Shown here: piece by piece, positions 1-9,074 of the stretch
Layout: every line of letters begins with the position of its first letter
Position numbering within the stretch: the first letter of the stretch is position 1
Source of the DNA: Sandaracinaceae bacterium
GTDB lineage: Bacteria; Myxococcota_A; Polyangia; Polyangiales; Sandaracinaceae
Length of the DNA stretch: 29,090 bases
NCBI GenBank assembly: GCA_044220955.1
Contig: JBGAQA010000086.1
Span: 1 to 29,090, forward strand
Direction: 5' to 3'
The notes under the pieces: model-generated
What the model was told of the DNA's origin: nothing
Database searches by the model: none
Seen by the model: only the letters and a program-made list of their open reading frames with translations
Position numbers and translations under genes: made by a program

Positions 1-121
1 GGACTGTTTCTTACTTGCCCCGCGGGGGGGGTGCGGCGCGGGGGTGGGGGGCGGGCGCGCCGGGTGTGGGGGTGCGTTTGGGCGGGGCGCGGCCCCACCC
101 CCGGCGGCAGCCACTGCCGAA

Positions 122-151
122 CCTCTCCTCTCCTCTCCTCTCCTCTCCTCT
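122..151. repeat. Pentanucleotide microsatellite (CCTCT)x6
   Basis: Six perfect tandem copies of CCTCT read directly at 122-151, just downstream of the stop of the minus-strand gene ending at 175. Confidence 0.95.
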
Positions 152-174
152 TCCGCGACGCCGCTCCTCCCCCG

Positions 175-1989
175 CTACTGCTGCGTGGTCTCGCTGCCCG
201 CGCAGTTCCGCAGGGAGAGCGGGTTGTAAAAGCACTGCGCGTTGCACGCGCCCGGGCACGTCGAGCACGAGTACTGCGTCGAGGGGGATGCGCAGTACGT
301 GCCGAACACCGGGTCGGTGAACCCGCCCGACGCCGGGCACTGCCAGTTGTTCGTGTCCGAGTACATCGTGGGCATCGTCGTGCAGACGGTCGCCGCGAGC
401 TTCCACGCCCGGCACGCGTTCGAGTCGCCCGCGTTGAACGGGTAGGTGCCGCCGAGCGCCGTCGGCGCCGTCATGTTGTAGCCAGTCGTGAGGCAGCCCG
501 CGATGGGCGAGGTCCACCCGTGGTAGAGCGGCGCCGCCACGCACGCGCCCGCGATGCACGCCTGCGTCGCGCTGCACGCGTGGCCGCACGTCATGCAGTT
601 GGCGCGGTTCGTCATCAGGTCGACGCAGCTGCCGCCGCACATCGTGAAGCCCGGCGCGCAGCTGCAGACACCGGCGTTGCACGCTCCTCCGGGGCCACAG
701 TCGCGATCGCACGCGCCGCAGTGCGCCGCGTTCGTCATCAGATCGAAGCAGCCCGTCGGGCAGTCGGTCTGCGAGCCCGGGCACTGGCACCGCCCGCCCG
801 CGCAGCTGATGCCGGCCTGGCAGGCGTGGGCGCACGTGCCGCAGTGGCCGGCCGCCGCGCTCAGATCGAAGCAGCCCGTGCCGCAGTCCGTCTGCGAGCC
901 GGAGCACATGCACACGCCGCCGGTGCAGGGCACGCCCGTCGAGCACGCGGTGGTGCACGTGCCGCAGTGCGCGGCGGTGGTCATCAGGTCGTAGCAGCCG
1001 CTGCCGCAGTCGGTCCCCGTGCCGGGGCACATGCACACGCCGCCGGTGCAGATCGAGCCCGCGGCGCATCGGGTGGTGCAGGAGCCGCAGTGCGAGGGAT
1101 CGGTCGTCAGGTCGTAGCAGCCGCTGCCGCAATCGGTCGTCGTGCTCGGGCACTCGCAGACGCCCGCGTTGCAGACGGCGCCCGCTGCGCAGACGTGACC
1201 GCACGTCCCGCAGTTCAGCGTGCTCGTCATCGGATCGAAGCAGTGCGCCGGCGTCCCGCAGAGCAGTCGCCCGCCGCCGCAGCTCGTGCAGGCGCCGGCG
1301 GCGCACGTCCCGCCCGCGCCGCAGCTCGAGAGGCAGAAGCCGCAGTTGTTCGGGTCGGTCAGCGTGTCGACGCACATGCCGCTGCACGCGATCTGCCCGG
1401 CCGGGCACTCGCACACGCCCGCCGTGCACGTCGCGCCGCCCGCGCAGCGCGTGTTGCACGTGCCGCAGTTCATCGGGTCGTTCGGCAGATCCGCGCAGAC
1501 CTGCGTGCGCGTCCCGGACGCGTCCGTGTTCACGCAGACCGTGTGATCGGCGCCCGTGCACATCACGATGCACTCGCCCATCGAGCACATCTCGGTGGCG
1601 CTGCACGCCGTGTCGCAGGTGCCGCAGTGCTCGGGGTCGGCCGAGAGCGTGCTGCACACGCCGTCGCACGAGATCCGCGGCGCGCGGCAGTCGCAGCGCC
1701 CGTTCGCGCAGCCCACGCCCGAGGGGCACGCGTTGCCGCAGCTGCCGCAGTTCATCGCGTCGGCCGACACGCGCGTACACGTCCCGCCGCACTCGATGAG
1801 CCCGGCCGCGCACGTGACGTGGCCGGTGTCTGGCACGAACGTGTCGGGGATCATGATCCGGTTCGCGTCCATGTCCGCGTCGTCGCCGCCGCCCGCGTCG
1901 GGGGCGGCGACGCGGCCGGCAGTGCAGGCGGTCAGCGCGAGCGAGGCGAAGAGCGCGAGGCCGCGGCCCGCGGAGCCGAGACGGCTCAC
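175..1989 (-). CDS. Cys-rich repeat lipoprotein (STIG1-like/MXAN_6577-like repeats) with a C-terminal Cys-rich domain of unknown family
   Basis: The real start is probably GTG at 1989, overlapping the upstream TGA (GTGA), giving MSRLGSAGRGLALFASLALTAC with lipobox LTAC. Ten repeats of about 41 aa with 8 Cys each follow (e.g. ECPSTTTDCGSGCYDLTTDPSHCGSCTTRCAAGSICTGGVC). The upstream part of the 845-aa track ORF is a shadow of the next gene. Confidence 0.85.
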   Translation of the reverse strand: MSRLGSAGRGLALFASLALTACTAGRVAAPDAGGGDDADMDANRIMIPDTFVPDTGHVTCAAGLIECGGTCTRVSADAMNCGSCGNACPSGVGCANGRCDCRAPRISCDGVCSTLSADPEHCGTCDTACSATEMCSMGECIVMCTGADHTVCVNTDASGTRTQVCADLPNDPMNCGTCNTRCAGGATCTAGVCECPAGQIACSGMCVDTLTDPNNCGFCLSSCGAGGTCAAGACTSCGGGRLLCGTPAHCFDPMTSTLNCGTCGHVCAAGAVCNAGVCECPSTTTDCGSGCYDLTTDPSHCGSCTTRCAAGSICTGGVCMCPGTGTDCGSGCYDLMTTAAHCGTCTTACSTGVPCTGGVCMCSGSQTDCGTGCFDLSAAAGHCGTCAHACQAGISCAGGRCQCPGSQTDCPTGCFDLMTNAAHCGACDRDCGPGGACNAGVCSCAPGFTMCGGSCVDLMTNRANCMTCGHACSATQACIAGACVAAPLYHGWTSPIAGCLTTGYNMTAPTALGGTYPFNAGDSNACRAWKLAATVCTTMPTMYSDTNNWQCPASGGFTDPVFGTYCASPSTQYSCSTCPGACNAQCFYNPLSLRNCAGSETTQQ

Positions 1990-3650
1990 TGCGTCTTCCC
2001 TCCGCGGCGCCTCGACGCGAGGAGCAGCGCTGCGCCCACGACGAGCAAGAGACGCGCGCCGCCTCCGCCGCTCGCGCCTCCCGCCGCGCGGCAGTTGCAG
2101 CCGCGGTCCGCCGCGCCCGGGTCCGGCGGGCGATGACCCGCGTCCGGCATCATCGGCCCCATGTCGGGGAGGATCACGACGCCCGCGTCCGGCGGGCCCG
2201 AGTCGCTGCCTGCCGGACCGGCGTCCGGCATGCCCGCGTCCACCGGCGCCGGGATCGCGCAGTGCCCGAGCTGGCAGGTCTGTCCGCGCGGGCACATCAC
2301 GCCATCGCACGCGTCGTGGCAGAGCGAGTCCTGGCAGTACTGCCCGGGATCGCAGAGCACGACGTCGCAGCCGCGCGGCAGGCAGCTGCCGTCCGAGAGG
2401 CACGTGTCGCCGACGGGGCAGGGCGAGCACGGACAGCGCAGGACACAGAGGCCGTCCCGGCAGATGCGATCGGTGTCGCAGGTCACGGCGGCGCAGGGGT
2501 CGACGCAGACGCCCGAGAGGCACTGCTCGCCGTGCGGGCACACGATGCCCTCGCACGCGTCGACGCAGGTGCCGCCGACGCAGCGCTCGCTCAGGCCACA
2601 GGGCACGCCGACGCACGCCGTCTCGATGCACGCGCCGGTCGTGGTGTCGCACGTGTACCCGGTCGAGCACGTGTCCTCGAAGCAGGGCCTGACGCAGGTG
2701 CCCAGCTCGCACGTCAGCCCAGCCGAGCAGAGCCCCGGCGCGTCGTCAGGCGTGCCGTTGCAGTCGTTGTCGACGTTGTCGCAGAGCTCGGCGACGGGCG
2801 TCGTGATCGCCTGGCACATCGCGACGCCCGCGACGCACTGCGTGCGGCCGATCGAGCAGGGCCCGACCGCGCCGGGGATCGTGCAGACCATGTCCTCGCG
2901 GCAGACGACGCCGCCGGCGCGCACCGAGAACTCCCAGATACCCGGCTGGCCGACGTTCGAGGTCGTGCAGAGATCCTGGACGGCCGCCGTGAACGAGCCT
3001 GGAAGCGCCGTGTAGTCCATCAGGTTGCCGGCATCGAAGCCGGCCTGCGCGGGGGTGCCGCCGTGGCCGCCGACGCCGCTGCTCGCATCGCCCGTGGTCC
3101 ACTCGCAGCGGTCGTAGCGGAACTCGACGTCGAAGTCGCCGGAGCCGCAGTCGGTCGCGTTGGTGATGATGAGCTGGAAGCTCATCCGCAGGTCGTTGTG
3201 CTGCGAGTAGTAGCCGACGTTGTACCAGGTGACGACGAGGCGCCCCGGCTCGAGGTGGTAGTAGACGAGGTTCTCGCCGGCCTCGGCCAGGCCGGTGCGG
3301 TTGCGCGTGTCCACGTCGCCCCAGTAGGGGGCGATCATCGGGCGCGACGCGATGGGGAAAGGGCGCGGCGTGAACTCGTAGACCGGGCCGCTGAACGTGA
3401 TGTTGCCGTTGTTGTTCACCCAGAACTGCGTGTAGGGGCCGCCGTAGAAGCGGAGGCCGCCGGTGAAGGCGCCGAGCAGATCGATGGGCGCGGCCGTGGA
3501 GCCGTCGTCGTTGCCGTTCAGCACGCCGGACCCGAACCCCGCCGGTCCGCCGAAGGATCTGTAGAGAGGGACCGCGCGCGCGACGGAGGTGGGCGAGAGC
3601 CAGGCGAGCGAGAGCACGACGAGCGCCAGGACGACGGACTTCCGAAGCAT
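1986..3650 (-). CDS. Nidogen-like (NIDO) domain surface protein with Cys-rich repeats and MYXO-CTERM-like sorting signal
   Basis: Signal peptide MLRKSVVLALVVLSLAWLSPTSVARA. NIDO motifs: NDDGS, WVNNNGNITF, IAPYWGDVDTR, VTWYNVGYY, SFQLII, WTTGDAS, AQAGFDAG, SNVGQPGIWEF. Myxobacterial ELCDNVDNDCNG motif. C-terminus GCNC-linker-hydrophobic helix-RRR. Confidence 0.85.
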   Translation of the reverse strand: MLRKSVVLALVVLSLAWLSPTSVARAVPLYRSFGGPAGFGSGVLNGNDDGSTAAPIDLLGAFTGGLRFYGGPYTQFWVNNNGNITFSGPVYEFTPRPFPIASRPMIAPYWGDVDTRNRTGLAEAGENLVYYHLEPGRLVVTWYNVGYYSQHNDLRMSFQLIITNATDCGSGDFDVEFRYDRCEWTTGDASSGVGGHGGTPAQAGFDAGNLMDYTALPGSFTAAVQDLCTTSNVGQPGIWEFSVRAGGVVCREDMVCTIPGAVGPCSIGRTQCVAGVAMCQAITTPVAELCDNVDNDCNGTPDDAPGLCSAGLTCELGTCVRPCFEDTCSTGYTCDTTTGACIETACVGVPCGLSERCVGGTCVDACEGIVCPHGEQCLSGVCVDPCAAVTCDTDRICRDGLCVLRCPCSPCPVGDTCLSDGSCLPRGCDVVLCDPGQYCQDSLCHDACDGVMCPRGQTCQLGHCAIPAPVDAGMPDAGPAGSDSGPPDAGVVILPDMGPMMPDAGHRPPDPGAADRGCNCRAAGGASGGGGARLLLVVGAALLLASRRRGGKTQ

Positions 3651-3750
3651 CGGACCAGTGTGCACCCGAACGGGGCTCTCAGACAGGGGCGAGGGCTCCG
3701 GCGCGCCGTCCGCTGGGCCGAGCGTGAAACACGCTATGCTCGCGCGGCCG

Positions 3751-5841
3751 ATGCCGTCTGGTCGTCCCCGCGTCGCCTCTCGCGCGCTCCTGCTTTTCTC
3801 TCTGGGCTCGACGCTCGCGCTCGCGTCCATCGCCGCCTTCGACGGGATCGCGCTCGCGGTCTCGACGCGCACCTTCGAGCTCGACGACGCGACCTCGCTC
3901 GCCGCCGGCGAGCTGCACGACGTGGCCGTGCGCTCCGACGGACGCGTGACGCCGAGCGTCGACCTCACGCGGCTCACGATGCCCGAGGACGTCCCCATCG
4001 TCTGGTCGTGGGCGCGCGTCGGCGACGCGCTCTACCTCGGCACGGGCGACGACGGGCGCATCTATCGCGTGCGCGGCGAGGCGATCGAGCTCTTCGCCGA
4101 GACGCACCAGCTGCTCGTGACGGCGCTGGCGGCGGGAGACGGCGGCGTGCTCTTCGCCGGCACCATCCCCGAGGGGCGCGTGTACGCGATCGACACGAGC
4201 GGCGCGTCGGCTGGCCAGCCGCGCGAGATCGCCCATCCCGACGCGACCGAGCACGTCTGGGCGCTCGCGTGGGACGCGCCCCGCCACCGCCTCTTCGCCG
4301 GCACGGGGCCCGAGGGTCGCGTGCTCGCGATCACCAACACGAGCGCGGCCACCGCGGCGGTGGACGTGTACTGGGACTCGCTCGCGAGCCACGTGATGAG
4401 CCTGGCGCTCGCGCCCGACGGGGTGCTGTACGCGGGCACGAGCGACGAGGCGCTCGTCGTGCGCATCGCCTCGCCGGGCCACGCCGAGACGGTGTTCGAC
4501 TTCCCGGGCAACGAGATCACCTCGATCGCGCTCGACCACGGCGTGCTCGCGGTGGCGGCCAACGAGTTCCTCGACCCGCCGGCGGTCGCCGCGCCGCCCA
4601 CGAAGCGCTCTGCCACGGCGTCGCGGGCGGCGCGCCCCCGCCCGGGCCACGGCCGGATCTACACGGTCGGCGCCGACGGCCGGGCCGAGCGCGTGTGGAT
4701 GAGCGACGAGGCGCACGTCACGCGCGTGCAGCTCGCGGGCGACGGGACGATCTGGGCGGCGCTCGGCGCCGACGGCCGCGTGATCCGCGTCTCGCCGGAT
4801 CGGACGAGCGCGATCTGGATCGACGTGGACGAGCGCGAGGTGCTCGCGATGGACCTGGTCTCCGCGACGGGCGCGTTCGTGGCGACCGGAGACGGGGCGG
4901 CCTTCTATCGGGTGGGCGGCGCGCCGCGTACGGCGGCGTGGGTCAGCAAGGTGCTCGACGCCAGCTTCGACTCGCGCTGGGGTCGCCTCACCTGGCGGGG
5001 CAGCGGCACCCTGCGCTTCTCGACGCGCTCCGGCGCGACGGAGCGGCCGGACGCCTCGTGGACCGAGTGGTCGTCGCCCATGACCAGCGAGGGGGCCATC
5101 CGCTCGCCGGGCGCGCGCTTCCTGCAGATCCGGGCCGAGCTCGCGAGCGCCGACGCCACGATCCTGGCGGTCACCGCGTACTACCTGCCCGACAACCAGC
5201 GGCCGGTCATCAGCGAGGTGGGCCTCAAGGCGCGGCCGACCAAGCGCGCGCCCGACGCCGACGCCGACTCGCCGCTGCCGGCGACGCCGATGCTCGGCCT
5301 CACGTGGAAGATCGACAACCCCGATCTCGACCGCGTGCGCTACCGCCTGCGCTACCGCGAGGAGGCGCAGACCGTCTGGCGCGAGATCCTGCGCGAGAGC
5401 GAGACGCTCACCGCGACCGAGTACCAGTGGAACACGTCCGCGGTGCCCGACGGGCGCTACGTCGTGTCGGTCGAGGCGTCCGACGAGCTCTCGAACCCGG
5501 ACGCGCTCACCCTGCGCTCGACCTCGGAGAGCGAGCCGCTCCTCGTCGACAACCACCCGCCCACCGTCTCCTCGCTCGCCTTCACGGGTGGCCGCGTGCG
5601 CGGGACGGCGACCGACGCGATGGGCCCGGTCGCGCGGCTCGAGGCCGCGATCGACGGCGGCGAGTGGCACGTCGTCTTCCCCGAGGACGACCTGCTCGAC
5701 ACGCGCGAGGAGTCGTTCGCGATCGACCCGGCCTCGCTGGCCGGCGGCGCGCTCCCGGCGGGCTCGCACATCGTGGCGGTCCGCGCCGTCGACGGCGGCG
5801 GCAACCAGGCGTCGAGCGAGCTCACCATCACCACGCGCTGA
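3751..5841 (+). CDS. Secreted beta-propeller protein with C-terminal FN3/Ig-like domains, function unknown
   Basis: Signal-like N-terminus ending in ALA. Repeated blades such as LYLGTGDDGRIYRV, LFAGTIPEGRVYAI, LFAGTGPEGRVLAI, LYAGTSDEALVVRI. C-terminal WNTSAVPDGRYVVSVEASD and VDNHPP Ig-like segments. The start may instead be ATG 3736. Confidence 0.75.
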   Translation: MPSGRPRVASRALLLFSLGSTLALASIAAFDGIALAVSTRTFELDDATSLAAGELHDVAVRSDGRVTPSVDLTRLTMPEDVPIVWSWARVGDALYLGTGDDGRIYRVRGEAIELFAETHQLLVTALAAGDGGVLFAGTIPEGRVYAIDTSGASAGQPREIAHPDATEHVWALAWDAPRHRLFAGTGPEGRVLAITNTSAATAAVDVYWDSLASHVMSLALAPDGVLYAGTSDEALVVRIASPGHAETVFDFPGNEITSIALDHGVLAVAANEFLDPPAVAAPPTKRSATASRAARPRPGHGRIYTVGADGRAERVWMSDEAHVTRVQLAGDGTIWAALGADGRVIRVSPDRTSAIWIDVDEREVLAMDLVSATGAFVATGDGAAFYRVGGAPRTAAWVSKVLDASFDSRWGRLTWRGSGTLRFSTRSGATERPDASWTEWSSPMTSEGAIRSPGARFLQIRAELASADATILAVTAYYLPDNQRPVISEVGLKARPTKRAPDADADSPLPATPMLGLTWKIDNPDLDRVRYRLRYREEAQTVWREILRESETLTATEYQWNTSAVPDGRYVVSVEASDELSNPDALTLRSTSESEPLLVDNHPPTVSSLAFTGGRVRGTATDAMGPVARLEAAIDGGEWHVVFPEDDLLDTREESFAIDPASLAGGALPAGSHIVAVRAVDGGGNQASSELTITTR

Positions 5842-5926
5842 CCGCCACCGAGCGGGGTCACTCCACACCCACTCAACCCCCTGAAAACACGTCGATCCGG
5901 CGGGTAGGTGCGCGTTTTGCGATCGC

Positions 5927-8866
5927 TCAGGTGCCGTCGACGACGATCCGCCGCAGGATCGTCCCGCCGGTCCCCACGACGTACACGTACCGATCGATGC
6001 GCTCGATCCCGCGGAGGCTCGAGCGGCCCGCTTCCACGTCGCTCGCGATCCAGGTGCCGTCGTCCTGGCGCTCGAACGACGAGCCCTCGTCGCCGACGGC
6101 GAGCGGCCTTCCGTGCGGGCCGATGCCGACCGCGTTGAGCGTGGGCGCCGCGTCGCCCGCCGGCGTGATGCTCTCGCGCGTGCAGCCGGCCTCGTCGATG
6201 CGCACGATGCCCCCGTGCTCGCCGACCGCGTAGGCCCTGGCCCCGTCGCGCACGACCGCCCGAAGCGAGGGGGTTCCCTCGGCGCACGCGACGAACTGGT
6301 GACCACCACCGTCGAGGTGCGCGACGTAGCCGTCGTCGCCCACGACGATCGCGTCGGTCGGCGTTCCGGCGAGCGCCCAGAGGTCGCCGACGTCGGGGAT
6401 GCGCGTCGGGGCGAGCGCGTCGATCGTGCCGCGCAGCACGGTGCCGTCGTTGCCGACCACGAGCAGGTGCCCGTTCTCCGCGAGCACGTCGTGCAGCGAG
6501 ACCTCGGTCCCCGAGTCGCGGTTGGTGATCCGGTCGAAGCCGATCTCCACCAGCGCGCCGAGGTCGCCGACCGCGACGAGGGTCGACTCGTCCAGCGCCG
6601 CGAGCGCGCCCAGCCCGGCGTCCGTCGGCGAGTCCGCCAGCACGAACCCGCTCTCGGTCTGCCGGACCACGTGGCCCCACTCGCCGACGGCCACCATCGC
6701 GCCGGCGATCGAGCCGATGTCACGCAGCGGGACCGTCGGCCCGTCGATGCGAGTGGCGACGCGTCCCTCGTCGAGCGAGGCGACCTGGCCGCCGCCGCCG
6801 ACGAGCCACGTGCTCTCGCCGTCGGCGCCGGACACGCCGTGCCACGTTCCCTCGTAGCCGCTGTCGAGGTGCACCGTCTGGTCGCCCGACGCGAGCACGA
6901 CCAGGCCGCTCGCCCCGACGATCGCCGCGCGCCCCTGATCGCAGCCGATCGCGGTGAACGTCTCGTGCGTCTCGAGGTCGAGCCTCAGGCCGTGCCAGCT
7001 TCCGTCCGCGTGGCGGCGCGCGATCGTGCCGTCGTCACCCGCGACGTAGAGCGAGCCCCGCTCGCAGCCGCCGATCGCGCGCAGCGTGTCGGCCGTGGGG
7101 CCGTGCTCGCGAGTGAACCGGCCACCCGCGAGATCGGTGACGTGGAGGATCACGCCGTCCTGCCCGGCGATCCACGCCTCGCCGCGGCGGGCGTACGCGG
7201 CGAGCAGGTCGCCCGTGACGCCCACGTCGAGGCGCGTGGCGGTCCCGGTCCCGAGGCGCAGCACCGTCCCGCCGTCGCCGACGACGAGGGTGCTCGCGGG
7301 CGAGACGACCGCGATCGCGCGCAGCGTCTCCGTGGTCCCCGAGTCGAGCCCGTGCGGACCGCCGTCGGTGAGGCGCACGAGCGTGCCGCCCTCGCCCGCC
7401 GCGAGGGCCTGGCCCGCGCCCGTCCAGCGCACGGCCGCGAGCTGCGCGTCGACGCCGCTGGGCCAGACGAGCAGGAGGCCGTCCACGAAGTGCGCGGCGG
7501 CGCCGTGCTCCCCGACGAGCGCGATCGTGCCCGCCCCCCCGACGTCGACGGCGAACCACGTCGGCATCGCGCGGGGCCGCGGGTTGAGCCAGCCCCACTC
7601 GTCGGTCCCGTACGCGGCGGCGTGCAGCGCGTGCACGATCGGCGGCCCGGGCGTCGGCAGCGGCGCGTTCACCTCTTCTTCCGTCGGCGCGGCGGGCTCG
7701 TGCGCCCCGAGGAGCGCCCAGCCGCCGAGCCCGACCACCGCCGCCGCCATGACCCCGACCAGGATCTTCATGGGCGTTCCCACGCCCGCGCCACCCGCCA
7801 TGTCGCCCCCCGCGCTCACACCGACCGACCGGAGCGTCGCTTGTCGCTCCGCGATCGCGTCCTCGTCGTCCTCCTCGCGGCGCTGTCCGGGCGACGACGC
7901 CATCGTCGCCGCGAGCGCGTCCTTGGTCAGCACGCGCGCGCTCGTCGTCACGGGACCGGCGGCGCCCGTCAGCGCCGGGGCGCGCGCGTCGGCGGCGAAC
8001 GGCGCGAGGGCGTCTCGCACCACCGCCATCGACTGCGGCCGCTCGATGGGCTCCTTGGCGAGCATGCGGGCGATCAAGGACACGACCTCGGGCGGCAGGT
8101 CCGTGCGCCAGTTCGTGATCGGTGGCGCGTCCTCCGTGCAGATCTTCACGATCAGCATCGGGTACGAAGCATCGTCGAAGGGGTGATGTCCGGTCAGGAG
8201 CCGGAACAGGATCACGCCGAGCGAGTACACGTCCGCGCGCTGGTCGACCTCCCGCTTCCCCTGCGCCTGCTCGGGCGCCATGAAGTACGGCGTGCCGAGC
8301 GCGGTCCCGGTCCGCGTACGCGCGTCGGGCCCGCCGGCCGCTTCTCGCATCTTGGAGATGCCGAAGTCGACGACCTTCGCGCGCTCGGCCGGCGTCCCTT
8401 CCCCGAGCACGATCGCGTTCTCGGGCTTGAGGTCACGGTGCACGATGCCCTTGTCGTGCGCGGCGCCGACCCCGTCGGCGATCTGCATGGCGATGCGCGC
8501 CGCCCGCCCCAGCGGGAAGGGGCCGGCGTCGCGCAGGACCTTGCCGAGGTCGCGTCCGTCGAGGAACTCGAGCACGAGGTAGCGCGCACCGTCGTCCAGC
8601 GCGCCGAAGTCCACCACCTCGACGATGTTCGGGTGGCCGATCGCGGTGGTCGCGCGGGCCTCGCGCTCGAAGCGCATGACGATCTCGTCGTCCTTGGCGA
8701 GGTGCGAGTGCAAGACCTTGACGGCGACCTTGCGGCCGAGCGTGAGCTGCTCGGCCTCGTAGACCGCGCCCATGCCGCCCTCCGCGATGCGCCGTGTGAC
8801 ACGGAAGCGACCGCCGAGGGTCGTGCCGAGGAGGGGATCGGAAGAAGACGGCTTCTGGCTCGTCAC
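5927..8866 (-). CDS. Hanks-type Ser/Thr protein kinase with transmembrane helix and extracytoplasmic beta-propeller repeats
   Basis: Kinase motifs IAEGGMGAVY, VAVK, HRDLKPEN, DFG, GTPYFMAPE, DVYSLG. TM segment ILVGVMAAAVVGLGGWALLG. More than ten L-x-A-(I/V)...VG-x-x-G repeats in the C-terminal half. Confidence 0.92.
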   Translation of the reverse strand: MTSQKPSSSDPLLGTTLGGRFRVTRRIAEGGMGAVYEAEQLTLGRKVAVKVLHSHLAKDDEIVMRFEREARATTAIGHPNIVEVVDFGALDDGARYLVLEFLDGRDLGKVLRDAGPFPLGRAARIAMQIADGVGAAHDKGIVHRDLKPENAIVLGEGTPAERAKVVDFGISKMREAAGGPDARTRTGTALGTPYFMAPEQAQGKREVDQRADVYSLGVILFRLLTGHHPFDDASYPMLIVKICTEDAPPITNWRTDLPPEVVSLIARMLAKEPIERPQSMAVVRDALAPFAADARAPALTGAAGPVTTSARVLTKDALAATMASSPGQRREEDDEDAIAERQATLRSVGVSAGGDMAGGAGVGTPMKILVGVMAAAVVGLGGWALLGAHEPAAPTEEEVNAPLPTPGPPIVHALHAAAYGTDEWGWLNPRPRAMPTWFAVDVGGAGTIALVGEHGAAAHFVDGLLLVWPSGVDAQLAAVRWTGAGQALAAGEGGTLVRLTDGGPHGLDSGTTETLRAIAVVSPASTLVVGDGGTVLRLGTGTATRLDVGVTGDLLAAYARRGEAWIAGQDGVILHVTDLAGGRFTREHGPTADTLRAIGGCERGSLYVAGDDGTIARRHADGSWHGLRLDLETHETFTAIGCDQGRAAIVGASGLVVLASGDQTVHLDSGYEGTWHGVSGADGESTWLVGGGGQVASLDEGRVATRIDGPTVPLRDIGSIAGAMVAVGEWGHVVRQTESGFVLADSPTDAGLGALAALDESTLVAVGDLGALVEIGFDRITNRDSGTEVSLHDVLAENGHLLVVGNDGTVLRGTIDALAPTRIPDVGDLWALAGTPTDAIVVGDDGYVAHLDGGGHQFVACAEGTPSLRAVVRDGARAYAVGEHGGIVRIDEAGCTRESITPAGDAAPTLNAVGIGPHGRPLAVGDEGSSFERQDDGTWIASDVEAGRSSLRGIERIDRYVYVVGTGGTILRRIVVDGT

Positions 8867-9013
8867 GCGCGGCAGTAGACGGGAACAGACGCCTCCGCGT
8901 CAACGCGGGCCGCACTGCCGCGGCCGAGCGATCTCCGGGTGGGCGTGCGATCGCGCAGCGCGCGTGCCGGCCTCGTGACACGGACGCGACGCGAGCGCGC
9001 CGAGCACGTGCGC

Positions 9014-9066
9014 GTCACGCGATGCGACGCGAGCGTCACACGCCCGTCATCGAGCCCCTCTATCCA
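9014..9066 (+). promoter_or_regulatory. Pho-box-like (OmpR/PhoB family) direct repeats plus a -10-like hexamer upstream of the tonB operon
   Basis: GTCAC at 9014, GCGAC at 9024, GTCAC at 9035 and GTCAT at 9046; the last three are 11 bp apart. TATCCA starts at 9061, 10 nt after the last repeat. Confidence 0.55.
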
Positions 9067-9074
9067 CTCCCTCG

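Noticed and set aside
540..1810. 123-bp periodicity as a CRISPR-like array, or CxxC motifs as heme/Fe-S sites
   Set aside because: The repeats are degenerate coding repeats with no repeat-spacer structure or cas genes. The motifs are CxxC or CxxCxH, not CxxCH, in an exported protein, so disulfides are more likely.
5842..5926. Slightly AT-richer gap between convergent genes as terminator, small RNA or att site
   Set aside because: Only weak complementarity (AAAAC...GTTTT), with no clean stem plus U-tract, no second copy in the window and no integrase.
31..8878. Very long alternative-frame or antisense ORFs (e.g. 2133-6233 +, 3679-6723 -, 6113-8878 +, 31-2136 +)
   Set aside because: Their Arg/Ala/Gly-rich translations have no motifs and overlap well-supported genes. 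They are expected from stop-codon scarcity at very high GC.
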